A DNA stretch of 63,892 bases, the filler included, from Octopus bimaculoides (Eukaryota): assembly GCF_001194135.2 (NCBI RefSeq). It is 5 parts of 5 records of this genome, joined end to end, with 100 filler letters (N's around TTAATTAATTAA, not from the genome) between each part and the next. Parts side by side here need not be neighbours in the genome. Positions count along the whole stretch, not along the records: positions 1 to 14,740 come from NC_068981.1; 4 more parts are not named here. One strand, given 5' to 3'. This document shows positions 1 to 11,702 of the stretch, piece after piece. Under the pieces are notes generated by a model. The model ran no database searches and was not told the DNA's origin. It saw only the letters and a list, made by a program, of their open reading frames with translations. A program made the position numbers and the translations under genes. Positions within the stretch are counted from its first letter, which is position 1. The number at the start of each line of letters is the position of its first letter.

Positions 1-344
1 ATGGCATCAGTGGTGCTTTTACCTGGCACGAACCCAAACTGCATCTCATCTAAATTGATTTGCTCCCTAATTAGTTGGGCTATGACCCTCTCCGTAACTT
101 TCATAACCTGATCTAACAGCTTGATGCCTCTGTAATTATTAGTGTCTAAAGCGTCACCTTTACCTTTGTAGCAGTTTACTATGGTGCTGCTACACCAGTC
201 ATTGGGTATGACTCCTTCGTGTATCACCTGGTTCGTAATACGGGTGACTAGGCTGTAGCCAACACTGTCAGATATTTTGAGCATCTCTGCAGTAGTGATT
301 CCTGATGGGCCGGGGGCTTTCCCTGTCTTCACACTCAGTTCAAG
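1..344 (-). mobile_element. RTE-clade non-LTR retrotransposon, reverse transcriptase N-terminal fragment (runs off the window start)
   Basis: The minus frame is open over about 114 codons: LSVKTGKAPGPSGITTAEMLK...IPNDWCSSTIVNCYKGKGDALDTNNYRGIKLLDQVMKVTERVIAQLIREQINLDEMQFGFVPGKSTTDA. KAPG, K-K-D...NYRGI.LL and QFGF.PG.ST.DA are RT domain 0-2 motifs of RTE-type LINEs. Confidence 0.9.
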
Positions 345-1374
345 TTATATTTAAGAATGAGTTGACTATGCTGTGCCTGTAGAAATAATCTCAGGGGAAA
401 AGGTTTGCAGATCACTGGAGAAAAGCAAATGCATTAATGATTCCTATTTTGCAACAGTAAGAAAGTAACAAAATTAGAAATCATCAGCATAATTTGTTGA
501 TGATACAGAAAATAATGAAGTAGCATTACAATGGGACATATTAGTATTCCCTGAGAAGGATGTAAAGGAAAAATGTCCAAATATTATCATCAAGGATTTA
601 CCTAATAATAGACATCACAAATTCTCCAGAAAATGAAAATATCTCTCTAAAATAGATGTCTAAACATAAACTTAGAAATATCTCAACTATAGAGATGGAA
701 GATGCAAACAATCTGGATGTGCATCTATCCACTACATAGTTCCATGAAATGCATTTAAGTGTTCCAACTTGTATTCACTAGGTAAAACACTCTGAAGGTA
801 ATGTTCAACACCTTTCTAAAGCAGTTATTTTCAACTAATATATATATATATATATATATAAAATTTGATTAGAGGTTGTGCTAACCTCATGAAGGGATGG
901 CTTTATCCAATGAAATACTGATTCAATGTCTAGTATTTTTGAAGAATTAATTTACTTAAAATAATAGGTATTCATAGCTGGACACCTACACTTTTTTCTG
1001 CAAAATAGGGGTAGTTTATCCTGTTCAGGCTATATTATTAGCATTATCCAGTGTTTGAGAATTTAAAATCACTTCTTTAACTGTCTAAGACATCTCAACG
1101 CTTCTAAAAGCAAACTGCGTTTGTTTACATTTATCATAATTTGAATTTAATATATATATATATATATATATATAGTTTATATTCATATAAAAGAAGAAAA
1201 AGAAAAAACACATAAAACATCCAAGGGTATATTTTTTTCCCCTCTGAAGATATTATGTTCAGGTCATATAAATTTAATATTTACTGAGTATTAATTGAAA
1301 CAGCTGTAAGGAATGATGATCAATTTGCTGTTAATAATAAATATTCACTTCCCAATCTTTTTCTTATTATATTA

Positions 1375-3099
1375 TCTTAATATATAAATCTGAAGTTGTG
1401 TGTCTGTGTGAAGCCTTTTTGAAAGTTTATAGAAATCCACATTTTCCACTTTTTCGTAAAAATTTTTACATCAATGGAATTTTCTCGATGTGAACTTTCC
1501 AGTGCAGTAATTAGATTTTTAAAATTCCGTTTACTTTGTGTGATTTAAGGGAGATTTGGCTGTCGTTTCTAGCAACTTTTATATTTCATCCCTTCTACCT
1601 GGAACGCCATTCTTACACACACACTCAACATAAAAATATAGAGAGTAAGAGTAAGAGAGGGAGAGAGAGAGAAAGTGATACATACAACGTCTTAGATTAA
1701 ACTTTCATCTCAGTATTCTTTACCTATTTTTCATAACATAGATACGTAAAAACACACACAACCACACATACATGACCTGTGACAACAACATACACATCGC
1801 TCTCAATCTCTATTCATTTCTCCCCCTCTTCCTCTCTCGCTCTCTCAAACGTATACACGTGCAAGTAAACACAATCATTCACATCGTGGTATATTTACAA
1901 AACATTGATGGCATAACTACAGAGTTGTATCCCCCAACTTTGGAAGGTCATAACTTTCATAAAAATGAATATTTTTTTATGAAATTTTCTATGCATATAT
2001 TATTTATTATGTATATTCCANNNNNNNNNNNNNNNNNNNNNNNNNNNNNNNNNNNNNNNNNNNNNNNNNNNNNNNNNNNNNNNNNNNNNNNNNNNNNNNN
2101 NNNNNNNNNNNNNNNNNNNNNNNNNNNNNNNNNNNNNNNNNNNNNNNNNNNNNNNNNNNNNNNNNNNNNNNNNNNNNNNNNNNNNNNNNNNNNNNNNNNN
2201 NNNNNNNNNNNNNNNNNNNNNNNNNNNNNNNNNNNNNNNNNNNNNNNNNNNNNNNNNNNNNNNNNNNNNNNNNNNNNNNNNNNNNNNNNNNNNNNNNNNN
2301 NNNNNNNNNNNNNNNNNNNNNNNNNNNNNNNNNNNNNNNNNNNNNNNNNNNNNNNNNNNNNNNNNNNNNNNNNNNNNNNNNNNNNNNNNNNNNNNNNNNN
2401 NNNNNNNNNNNNNNNNNNNNNNNNNNNNNNNNNNNNNNNNNNNNNNNNNNNNNNNNNNNNNNNNNNNNNNNNNNNNNNNNNNNNNNNNNNNNNNNNNNNN
2501 NNNNNNNNNNNNNNNNNNNNNNNNNNNNNNNNNNNNNNNNNNNNNNNNNNNNNNNNNNNNNNNNNNNNNNNNNNNNNNNNNNNNNNNNNNNNNNNNNNNN
2601 NNNNNNNNNNNNNNNNNNNNNNNNNNNNNNNNNNNNNNNNNNNNNNNNNNNNNNNNNNNNNNNNNNNNNNNNNNNNNNNNNNNNNNNNNNNNNNNNNNNN
2701 NNNNNNNNNNNNNNNNNNNNNNNNNNNNNNNNNNNNNNNNNNNNNNNNNNNNNNNNNNNNNNNNNNNNNNNNNNNNNNNNNNNNNNNNNNNNNNNNNNNN
2801 NNNNNNNNNNNNNNNNNNNNNNNNNNNNNNNNATAATCAGGGCAGTGCAAAAAGTTGTTTTGCACAAGCATTTCTATAGCCAATTACACGGATGAAATTT
2901 ACATATGCTTAATAATTTTACGCAAAATAGCCTTCAGACTTTCCCTATTAATTTCATCGTCTTTTGAATTATGAATATATTTACATCATAAGGGTTTTTT
3001 CATTGTAAGGCTTTCTTTTTTAATTGATTTTCAGCTAGCAAGACTTATCGTAGATGGCGTAATAAGTCACACCCGGACAAGGTCGGGTTATACTGCTAG
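1375..3099 (+). mobile_element. Putative non-autonomous Helitron (5' and 3' termini; interior spans a gap)
   Basis: The 5' end is A|TCTTAATATATAAATCTG at 1375. The 3' end is a CCCGGACAAGGTCGGG hairpin followed by CTAG|T at 3096-3100. Pairing the two ends across the 2021-2831 gap is an inference. Confidence 0.45.
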
Positions 3100-3141
3100 T
3101 TTATATATAAAATTCTGTGTGTGTAGCATTCAACTAATAAA

Positions 3142-3480
3142 TGAAAAAATGCATGGCAAACAAACGACTTAACATATACTGAGTGTACAACCAGATGGGA
3201 GACAAACAAAGATCCCTAATTCTTCATCAGACATCAACCAATTTAGTAATACTCAGTTTTGCACCATTAATGATAAGACTGAGAACTTCCTATATTGGCG
3301 ATGCCTACAAAAATATTTTGCAGAGAACTTAGGGCAAAGAGTATACTCTCGGCCCTAAATTCTCTGCAAAAAATTGCTAAATTGATTGATGATTGATGAA
3401 GAATTAGGGACCTTTTAAGTCTCCTATCCGGTTGTACACTCAGTATACATTATGCCATTTGTTTACCATGCATTTTTTCA
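3142..3480. mobile_element. Palindromic MITE-like element
   Basis: Long imperfect terminal inverted repeats: TGAAAAAATGCATGG...TACTGAGTGTACAACC...CCCTAATTCTTCATCA versus its reverse complement at about 3395-3480. There is also an internal hairpin, TTTTGCAGAGAACTTAGGGC / GCCCTAAATTCTCTGCAAAA. Confidence 0.7.
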
Positions 3481-3863
3481 GTTATATATATATATAAAAG
3501 AACAATATTTCTCTTCTTTGTCTATGCCAATTTATACAACAGCCACTCATGTTTACAACTGTGGCTAAATGAATAACTTCCCAAAAAACAATCTCCTGAG
3601 TAAAATCAAGTCCCCAGATTCTGCCAATGCTTATTATTTTAATCAACTGTGAAAATGGTACAGGTGGTAGAAAACTAGACTCATTTGTTAATGAGTGATG
3701 AGGTGAATAGTTCACAAGTTCACATTGGAAATCTACATGTTCTCTGTTTATATCACATAGGCATTTAGTCATACTGAACTAAAATTCTGGGATATGTGTA
3801 TATGTATCTACTGCACAGCTTCTGGCATGTAGTTAAGCAATCCAGCAGAGCAATATGAAGGTA

Positions 3864-4696
3864 TATGGTCTGATTAATAAGTATCCAGACTGTTGCCATA
3901 CTAATGAAGCTAAAGCACACAGAGTGAAGCCACTTGGCACAGATTGACCTTGAACTCTGCTCTGTTAGAACGTTTTAGCGTTCTAGCTCACTTCCACTGT
4001 TTGCAGCAGTGCTTGGAAGGAATGTGTGTAGTGTGCAATCATCGCAGTGACCATGACAGAAAGTTGAGCAGAGAATCTGCATAAAATTTTGCCAAAAGCT
4101 TAGTGATACCTGCTCAAAGGTGTACGCAAAGTTTTCATCGTTCTTGTGCAACTGAAACCTGGATAAGTTTTTGGTCAGCTGAAAGCAGTTTCGGCACAAA
4201 CTTGGTAGACACGCGTCTCATACCCAAATCTTCAGTGATTATGAACTGAACCGTAACTAATCTGCACATCCTCTGATAACTCACAGATGGTGATTCAATG
4301 ATTTCCCCTCACAGCTGCATGCACGTCTGTTATGTTTTCCTCGGTTTTGCTGGTTGTGGGTCTCCCAAAACGTTTGTCCCTATCGACATTTTTTCAGCCA
4401 TCTTGGAAACGCCTGAACCACTCATACACTCCTCTCCATACACTTCCCGCAATTTCGCATAGGCCTCTGAGCAGGTATCGCCATGACAACTTTCTATGTC
4501 ATGGTCAATACGATGATCACACACTACACACCTTCCTTCCAAGCACTACTGTGAACAGCAAAAGTGAGCTAGAATGTTAAAACTTAGTGTGCATGCACAA
4601 CAGTGTCCAAGGTCAGTCTGTACTAAGCATCTTCACTCTGCTTGCTTTAGCTTCGTTACTATGGCAACAGTCCTGATCCTTATTAATCAGACCTCG
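3864..4696 (-). mobile_element. Non-autonomous mariner-type element with two inverted 5' ends
   Basis: The TIR is (TA)CGAGGTCTGATTAATAAG..ACTGTTGCCATA at both ends. The minus strand encodes a decayed mariner HTH region (GDTCSEAYAKLREVYGEECM...EDLGMRRVSTKFVPKLLSADQK). The plus strand at about 4055-4135 encodes the start of the same protein (VEQRICIKFCQKLSDTCSKVYAK). Confidence 0.8.
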
Positions 4697-5589
4697 TAAC
4701 AATACCTTTCTAAGACACTGTTATATAAAATGGCCAATGTGCTTCTTAGTCCATTTCTGATCAATTTATATAAACAACTCACAATGTCTACAAGTGTCAC
4801 AAGTATCATAAGGTTGAGATACAAAACAATTGTCTATTATTACAGATCTGCTTGATCAAACCTAACCTGATGCTAAACAGCAGTACTATATGGTACCTCT
4901 ATATGGTGAAAAATGACAGAACCTCTGAGCAGAAGCTCCAAATACTAGTGGCCAAATCGCCTTCAATTCACACACAAGTCCTTAGATTCTAACAAAAACA
5001 AAAGAAAAAAAACTCTTCACATCACATACCATTTGCAGCCTTAAAAGAGGACACATTGGACAATACAATTTCAAATCTTCATTAACAAGCAGTTTTTCAT
5101 GTCATCTTATTCAATTGCTCTAAAGAATGAGCAACCATCTCCAATATAAATCTAGACTTTATTTTTCAGGCATAATGCAATTTGACAAGCTTGGTTTAAT
5201 CAGGGAGGGGGGAGTAAGCTAGAAAGTGATCATCGAATTTAGTTGATCTGATGGAGAATTTTCGGGCTTGTCTTCAAAGAAGCTCAGGCCTACTAGACAT
5301 TCAGTAACATAAATATTCAAACATTTACACATTTAGTAAAATTTATTTGTCCAATATCAAAATATTTTGTAAGTACAGTTAAGACAAGATCTTTTAGAAC
5401 GCAAACACACATGAAACTTATATTGATGCTTTGTTTATTTCTTGAGATGTTGAAATTTTCGTTGCTTCTGTGACCTAGTCCCGGATGATTCACCAGCTGT
5501 TGGAAATAGAGTATTGGTGAATTTTCTTAGGCTTCTTGGGACTAGGTACTTCTTATGTTCTCTTCTTTTCTTTTTGTAGTTTTAACTCC

Positions 5590-6545
5590 CGGTCACCAAA
5601 ACAAAACAAAAAAGTCTAATAGGTGTAAAAATAATGTGTAGAAAACGAATATGAAAACAAAAATTTGTGCAAACGACCAGGGAGAAAGGACTTTTGGAAA
5701 ATCACAAGATCCGATTTTTCCCTCATAACTTTCGGGAAAATGGATATATATTAATGACATTTTATAGAAATACCGTTCATATGGCATAGATCATGATTAT
5801 AATGAAATTTGTGGAGAAAATGTTTTCTGAAGGGGTGGGGAGAGGACTATCGGAAAATTCACACAATGGTTTCCCCCACCCCTAATCTAATGGAGAGGTT
5901 TACTCAAAATCTATCCATTTCATTTTTGATACTGTTACAGTTGAAAAGTGGTGCTCGAGAATGGAGAATTTCAATATTTGTGAAGATTGTAATTTTGAAT
6001 ACTATGAATGCATCAGCACTTCATTGTAACGATCAGTTGAGTTCCTTCGTTCACACGGAGTATTACCAAACAGTGATATGCCCACAAAGAGAATATGCCT
6101 CACTCTAACAATTTTGAAGATAGCACACATTGAAACATACACACACAAAACATTGAAAGACTGGAGAAACAAAAGAATCAAGCCAAAAGCCAGGAATTCG
6201 ATCACAATATCATACAAGATATTTATTTATAACTTCTCAACATGAAGAAAGTCTGTTGCACACGTTCTTCATAGAGGCAGCCAAGTTATACCTTCCTATC
6301 TCGAATCATTGCCGCCAAATAATTACCAAGACGAAGCTATGTATATGTATGTTTGTGCAAATTTTTGTTTTCATATTCGTTTTCTACACATTTTTTTACA
6401 CCTCGTAGATGTTTTTTTGTGACCAGGTGCTAAACTAGATGCTTTAAGTTATGAAGGGGGGGGGGGAAACGGATCGTGTGAATTTTCCGAAATCCTCTTC
6501 CCACTCCTTCGGAAAACATTTTCCACACAAATTCTGTAAAATTTC
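5590..6545. repeat. Oppositely oriented fragments of one dispersed repeat family
   Basis: 5590-5672 is the reverse complement of 6352-6426 (TTTGTGCAAATTTTTGTTTTCATATTCGTTTTCTACAC). About 5805-5885 is the reverse complement of about 6450-6540 (AATTTTCCGA...GAAAACATTTT). Confidence 0.6.
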
Positions 6546-9099
6546 ATGGCAAGACTACCGCCCGTCCCCTCACCCCGAAAACCACCCTTAAAAATTTTTT
6601 TTCTTTTTCGACCCCCCNNNNNNNNNNNNNNNNNNNNNNNNNNNNNNNNNNNNNNNNNNNNNNNNNNNNNNNNNNNNNNNNNNNNNNNNNNNNNNNNNNN
6701 NNNNNNNNNNNNNNNNNNNNNNNNNNNNNNNNNNNNNNNNNNNNNNNNNNNNNNNNNNNNNNNNNNNNNNNNNNNNNNNNNNNNNNNNNNNNNNNNNNNN
6801 NNNNNNNNNNNNNNNNNNNNNNNNNNNNNNNNNNNNNNNNNNNNNNNNNNNNNNNNNNNNNNNNNNNNNNNNNNNNNNNNNNNNNNNNNNNNNNNNNNNN
6901 NNNNNNNNNNNNNNNNNNNNNNNNNNNNNNNNNNNNNNNNNNNNNNNNNNNNNNNNNNNNNNNNNNNNNNNNNNNNNNNNNNNNNNNNNNNNNNNNNNNN
7001 NNNNNNNNNNNNNNNNNNNNNNNNNNNNNNNNNNNNNNNNNNNNNNNNNNNNNNNNNNNNNNNNNNNNNNNNNNNNNNNNNNNNNNNNNNNNNNNNNNNN
7101 NNNNNNNNNNNNNNNNNNNNNNNNNNNNNNNNNNNNNNNNNNNNNNNNNNNNNNNNNNNNNNNNNNNNNNNNNNNNNNNNNNNNNNNNNNNNNNNNNNNN
7201 NNNNNNNNNNNNNNNNNNNNNNNNNNNNNNNNNNNNNNNNNNNNNNNNNNNNNNNNNNNNNNNNNNNNNNNNNNNNNNNNNNNNNNNNNNNNNNNNNNNN
7301 NNNNNNNNNNNNNNNNNTGAAATTACTGTGTATAAGTCACTTGACAAAACACATCTATAAAGATATCGTTCGTTTCCCCACTAATTCTTAATTCTGACGA
7401 ATTATTTTTACTGTCCATCCCAAAATCATTATTTAGTGAAGTTACCTCAGTGAAGATTAATGAAGGAATTAGTACAATTCACACGTGTAAAGTAATGGGA
7501 CTGGTTACAAATTGGAGCCTAAAACACAATGCAATTATTCTAAAAGTGTCCAATTGGCAGACATTATTAAAACAAGCAGACAAAATTGTTAAGGTCTCGA
7601 AATGTTGCTTTGCAGTATTTGTTCCGACTCGTTACATTCTGATTTTAAATCCCGCTGAGGTCACTTTTGATTTTCATCTTTTCGGAGTTAAAATGATAGT
7701 AAAGTACTGGGGTCGATGATATCGACTACTATTTCCTTTGAAAACTTGACCCAGTGCACAAATTAGAATGTCATTGGCACTTGCAATACAACAGATTCAT
7801 TATTTGGCTTTATTTGTGTCTTATTGTTGGCAGTAACCGCAGTTACTTCTTATAGAAAGTAATCATTGCTCAGTATACTTTAAAAACGAAGGTGAAATGA
7901 AATTTCATGAAAACGGAAGTAACCTTCTGCAAATATTTTAAAAAGTATTAGAATAAGTTATACAAGTTTTATTAGAAGTCAAAGCAGCAGTTAATATGCA
8001 AAACCATACAACAGCACGCACATAGAAACAAGTTGTACAAATTTTGACCCGAGAATAATGCAAATTCAAGTGAAAGCCTACGCTGAATTAATAAGAATAG
8101 TTTGTGTGTGTAACATTAAACATGATGTGAGTATAATAGGTACAAAAGTATGTTAAAACCAGCATATAAGAGACTGATTTAGGGAGATAGTATAAAGGTC
8201 AAGCAGAGATAAGTAACAGGTTATTAACACGTTGCTTAAATAAGTATTTTCTTGTAATGCTCTGTACACTTATCAGATTTTGTTTTATGAATTTAAAATA
8301 GAATTATTATTTAAAAAAGCAAATTAGCTCCCAGTATAACTACAAAATGGTGCCAACGCGACTTTTGTTTTCTCATAGCTTACTGGAAAAAAAAAAGTAG
8401 ATTTGTAAATGAATTGGTGCACATGATTTGTTTCAATGATTTGAAACAGCATCAATTTATTAGCATCTCATGAATATATATCATTAAGTGGGCAAAGAGG
8501 ATTACTTGATTTTAAACATGCATTTACTTATGGCATATACTGCATACAGTAAAATTCCATCTGACTTATCCCGTTGCACCTAAAATGTTGAGCCAATAAA
8601 TGTAAATAGAAATCACGCCGCCTGGTTTATCACCACCACTACACACCCGGAGTCCCTCTCAGTTTGCGTTCTCCTTCCACCCCACAATAATTGACCTGAG
8701 AAAAGGTCATGAATACAGATCCCCCCCCCTCTAACTTATTAAAAAAATAGCCGTTTTTTTTTAAACAAAANNNNNNNNNNAAAAGGTCATGAATACAGAT
8801 CCCCCCCCCCTCTAACTTATTAAAAAAATAGCCGTTTTTTTTTAAACAAAACAAACCAACACACAAACACGAATAATTACTACCTGGTGACTTGCTACTA
8901 ACAACGAATAAATCAATACTTGACAAAACTTATTTCAAACTCATAACCGTTTGGTTTATTAATCGAGGAATTACTATCATTTATATTAAGTACGAGGACA
9001 ATGTATAACATCTCATAATTAGTCCAACAAAATACTGATATTTTGAATATATAAATACAAATTATAAACTTTTGTTTTTATCAGCCACACTAATAAGTC

Positions 9100-11560
9100 G
9101 CCTTTGCTTCCGAATTTTAAGGACTCTTTAATTGCACATTACTCACGCTATTATAAGACACAAAGTGGATCATTAACCGGCAAAAGTGGCTTTCGGCGAT
9201 CTTACGTTACTTGATACTCATATCGAAATATAGCCTTATTTATGCTTTTTATACAAACATCTCGGTGTCGGTTAACTTTTCGATAAATAATTAATCTACA
9301 CTTAAACCCAGTAACCGTTTCGGAAACATAGAGGAAGCTTTATAAGTTTATTAATTCAGGGAAAACAAAATCAGCAACTTTCGTGAAGAAATATTAACCG
9401 AATAAAATTGTAATGAATTCTTTTTTTTTAATTATCAATTTTCAACCCAGTCTATGTATGCAAAAGAAAAAAAAACATTGACATTTAAACAGGATATAAA
9501 AGAGGACAAGTGGTCATAGATCAGAGAGAGAAAAGAAGTAGAAACGAGAGAAAGGTAGTGGGAGAGAGACTTGAATACAGAAGACAGAAATCTATGTATA
9601 TAAGAAAAATAAAAAATTATCAACAAGTAGGTCAGGCTAAGGTAAACACAATCTCCCGGGGAAGGCAGCAACCAGTGGGTAGAGACTTCAAAAAACAGAA
9701 CACAGCTTGAACACCAAGCCTTAAATGTGTGTGTGTGTAAGCGTTATCACCTAAAATAAAATTCTACTTTTTTTTAACATTCAATCTAAAGTTAAAGTGT
9801 ACGACAAATTTCAAACAAGAAATATTCGACTAATTTAATTGTTCTGGTTGACTGCAAATATATTTACTATATATATTATCTTTGCAGAGGTATGTTTCAG
9901 AACTTAATTTCACTTTGTAGAGCATAAACATTTTTTAAGTATGACTGCAATAAAAAATGAAAACAAATCTTGCTTATAAAATCCTTTCTATTACTTGCAA
10001 AACAATGTAGTTTTAGCAAATACTGAAAACAATTGGAAAAAAACAACACACAAAACAAAACACATTTTCACGAATTGGCATGCTATTCATTAAATATTAT
10101 TTTTATATGGGTAAATATTTGCAGTAAAAATTGTAATTGACTAAATATAAGGGTTTTATTTCGTAACTTTAAATCAAAATTCTCAAGTTTTCTGCTTCCA
10201 ACTCCACAACTACCTGTGAAAGTGGTGTCTCAACCTGACCCGCCTCCATCGAGGTTATAACAACTTCAAAGTAGTTAAACAAAAATTAACAATCAAAATG
10301 TGATAAAAAGATATACTCAGACTTACTTTCAAGAAGGTTTACAAATTGATAATAATCCTTTAAGTTTTGATATCCAAAAGGTAATTATAAAATAGCCAAA
10401 AATGCTTCGAAAACAGCCAACTTGTTAAAATATTCCAGGTAACAAGATAAAGAAGGTGAGAGAAATGTAACTAAAGTAGTCCATTCAACTATTGCGCTAG
10501 TTAGTGCGCAGTAATATATGCTAATGAGTTATCTTAATACCCTGGCGAATCACACACACGTATTCTATATACTTTCATAACTATTAATATTAATTTCATA
10601 TAAAATATTTAATCATTCGAGTTACTCAATTGTGGAGTAGTAAAAAATAGTTCATTTTATAAACTTTTAAAAGTATTTTGAAAAAAAAAATTCCATTCCA
10701 AGTATACTATGCTGTCTTTGTGAGTTTTGTTTATTTTATTAATTCAGTAAAGTTTGTTGCAAAAGGTAAGAATAAAGCGGCTTGTAAGTCATTGCTCCTG
10801 ATAATTATTTGTTGCATGTAAAAACAAACAATTAGGATTATTTTAAGTATTTTGACTAATATAAAATATTCAATGAAATACTGCTTCCTTATCAGATAAA
10901 TTATTATTAAATTGAAACTATTTATTCTGTCTACTAATATACAAAACCACATAACTTGATAAGATCAGTTTAAATATTTAATGCAGTAGAAGCTGCAATG
11001 ACAACGACAGTAGTAGCCATATCGTAGAGTGAGAGAAAGTAAAGAGAGACGAGGCGAAATTAATAGTAATAGTGACAGAGACGGCAGTGGTAGCTAGGAC
11101 TCTTAAGTTATGTCTAATGAAATATAACTTCACTGGTGACATTTTTTTTCTCTTTGACAATTATTTCTAATTAGCTTTTTAAGACTAAGGGCATTAAATA
11201 TGCTCACACTAATTGTTGACGCGTAGGACGTTCTGGGCCAATCCTATGATCGGCTATATGTCCACTCCGTCTTTTTTCTTATGAACGTTCGGTTTCTCTT
11301 TTAAGACGATGTGATATATGTAGTGATATTGGAAGGTGAAACTAAGTTGGGTTTGTTTTCAATAATTATCCAAATACTTTCGTAAAAACAAAAGGACGAA
11401 CTAGTTAGAACTCTTTTAGTATGAGAACTGTGTGCAGATAAATACATACCCGCGTTACGGCTACCTTAGGTTCCGAAATTTCGTCCTTACGGAGACTCGA
11501 TTCTTGGCACTTTAGCTAAGGTCAAATAATAAAGTCGACAATTCGCAAAATTATAATCAC
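9100..11560. promoter_or_regulatory. CpG-retaining, non-repetitive island; candidate promoter region
   Basis: CpG-dense unique sequence (e.g. 11220-11280, 11450-11550) lies between CpG-poor flanks, with a CCAAT box at 11238-11242. There is no direct TSS evidence. Confidence 0.3.
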
Positions 11561-11645
11561 TATATATAAATACATAAATACACACACACGCACACATATA
11601 TATGTACACATACACACACACGCGTATATTTATTTACTTTTTTAA

Positions 11646-11700
<55 letters not shown>

Positions 11701-11702
11701 CA

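Noticed and set aside
1772-2883. Long ORFs spanning N runs (also at ~6.5, 36.8, 55.5, 58.7 and 60 kb)
   Set aside because: They consist almost entirely of X residues from assembly gaps.
8700-8850. Direct duplications flanking 10-N gaps (also ~34190-34310, and 36227-36511 versus 36622-36906)
   Set aside because: These are essentially identical copies abutting tiny gaps, i.e. unmerged overlapping contig ends and not biological tandem repeats.
10327-10472. Minus-strand AG...GTAAGT-bounded segment as a coding exon
   Set aside because: It has stops in all three frames. It could only be a UTR exon, which cannot be supported without transcript data.
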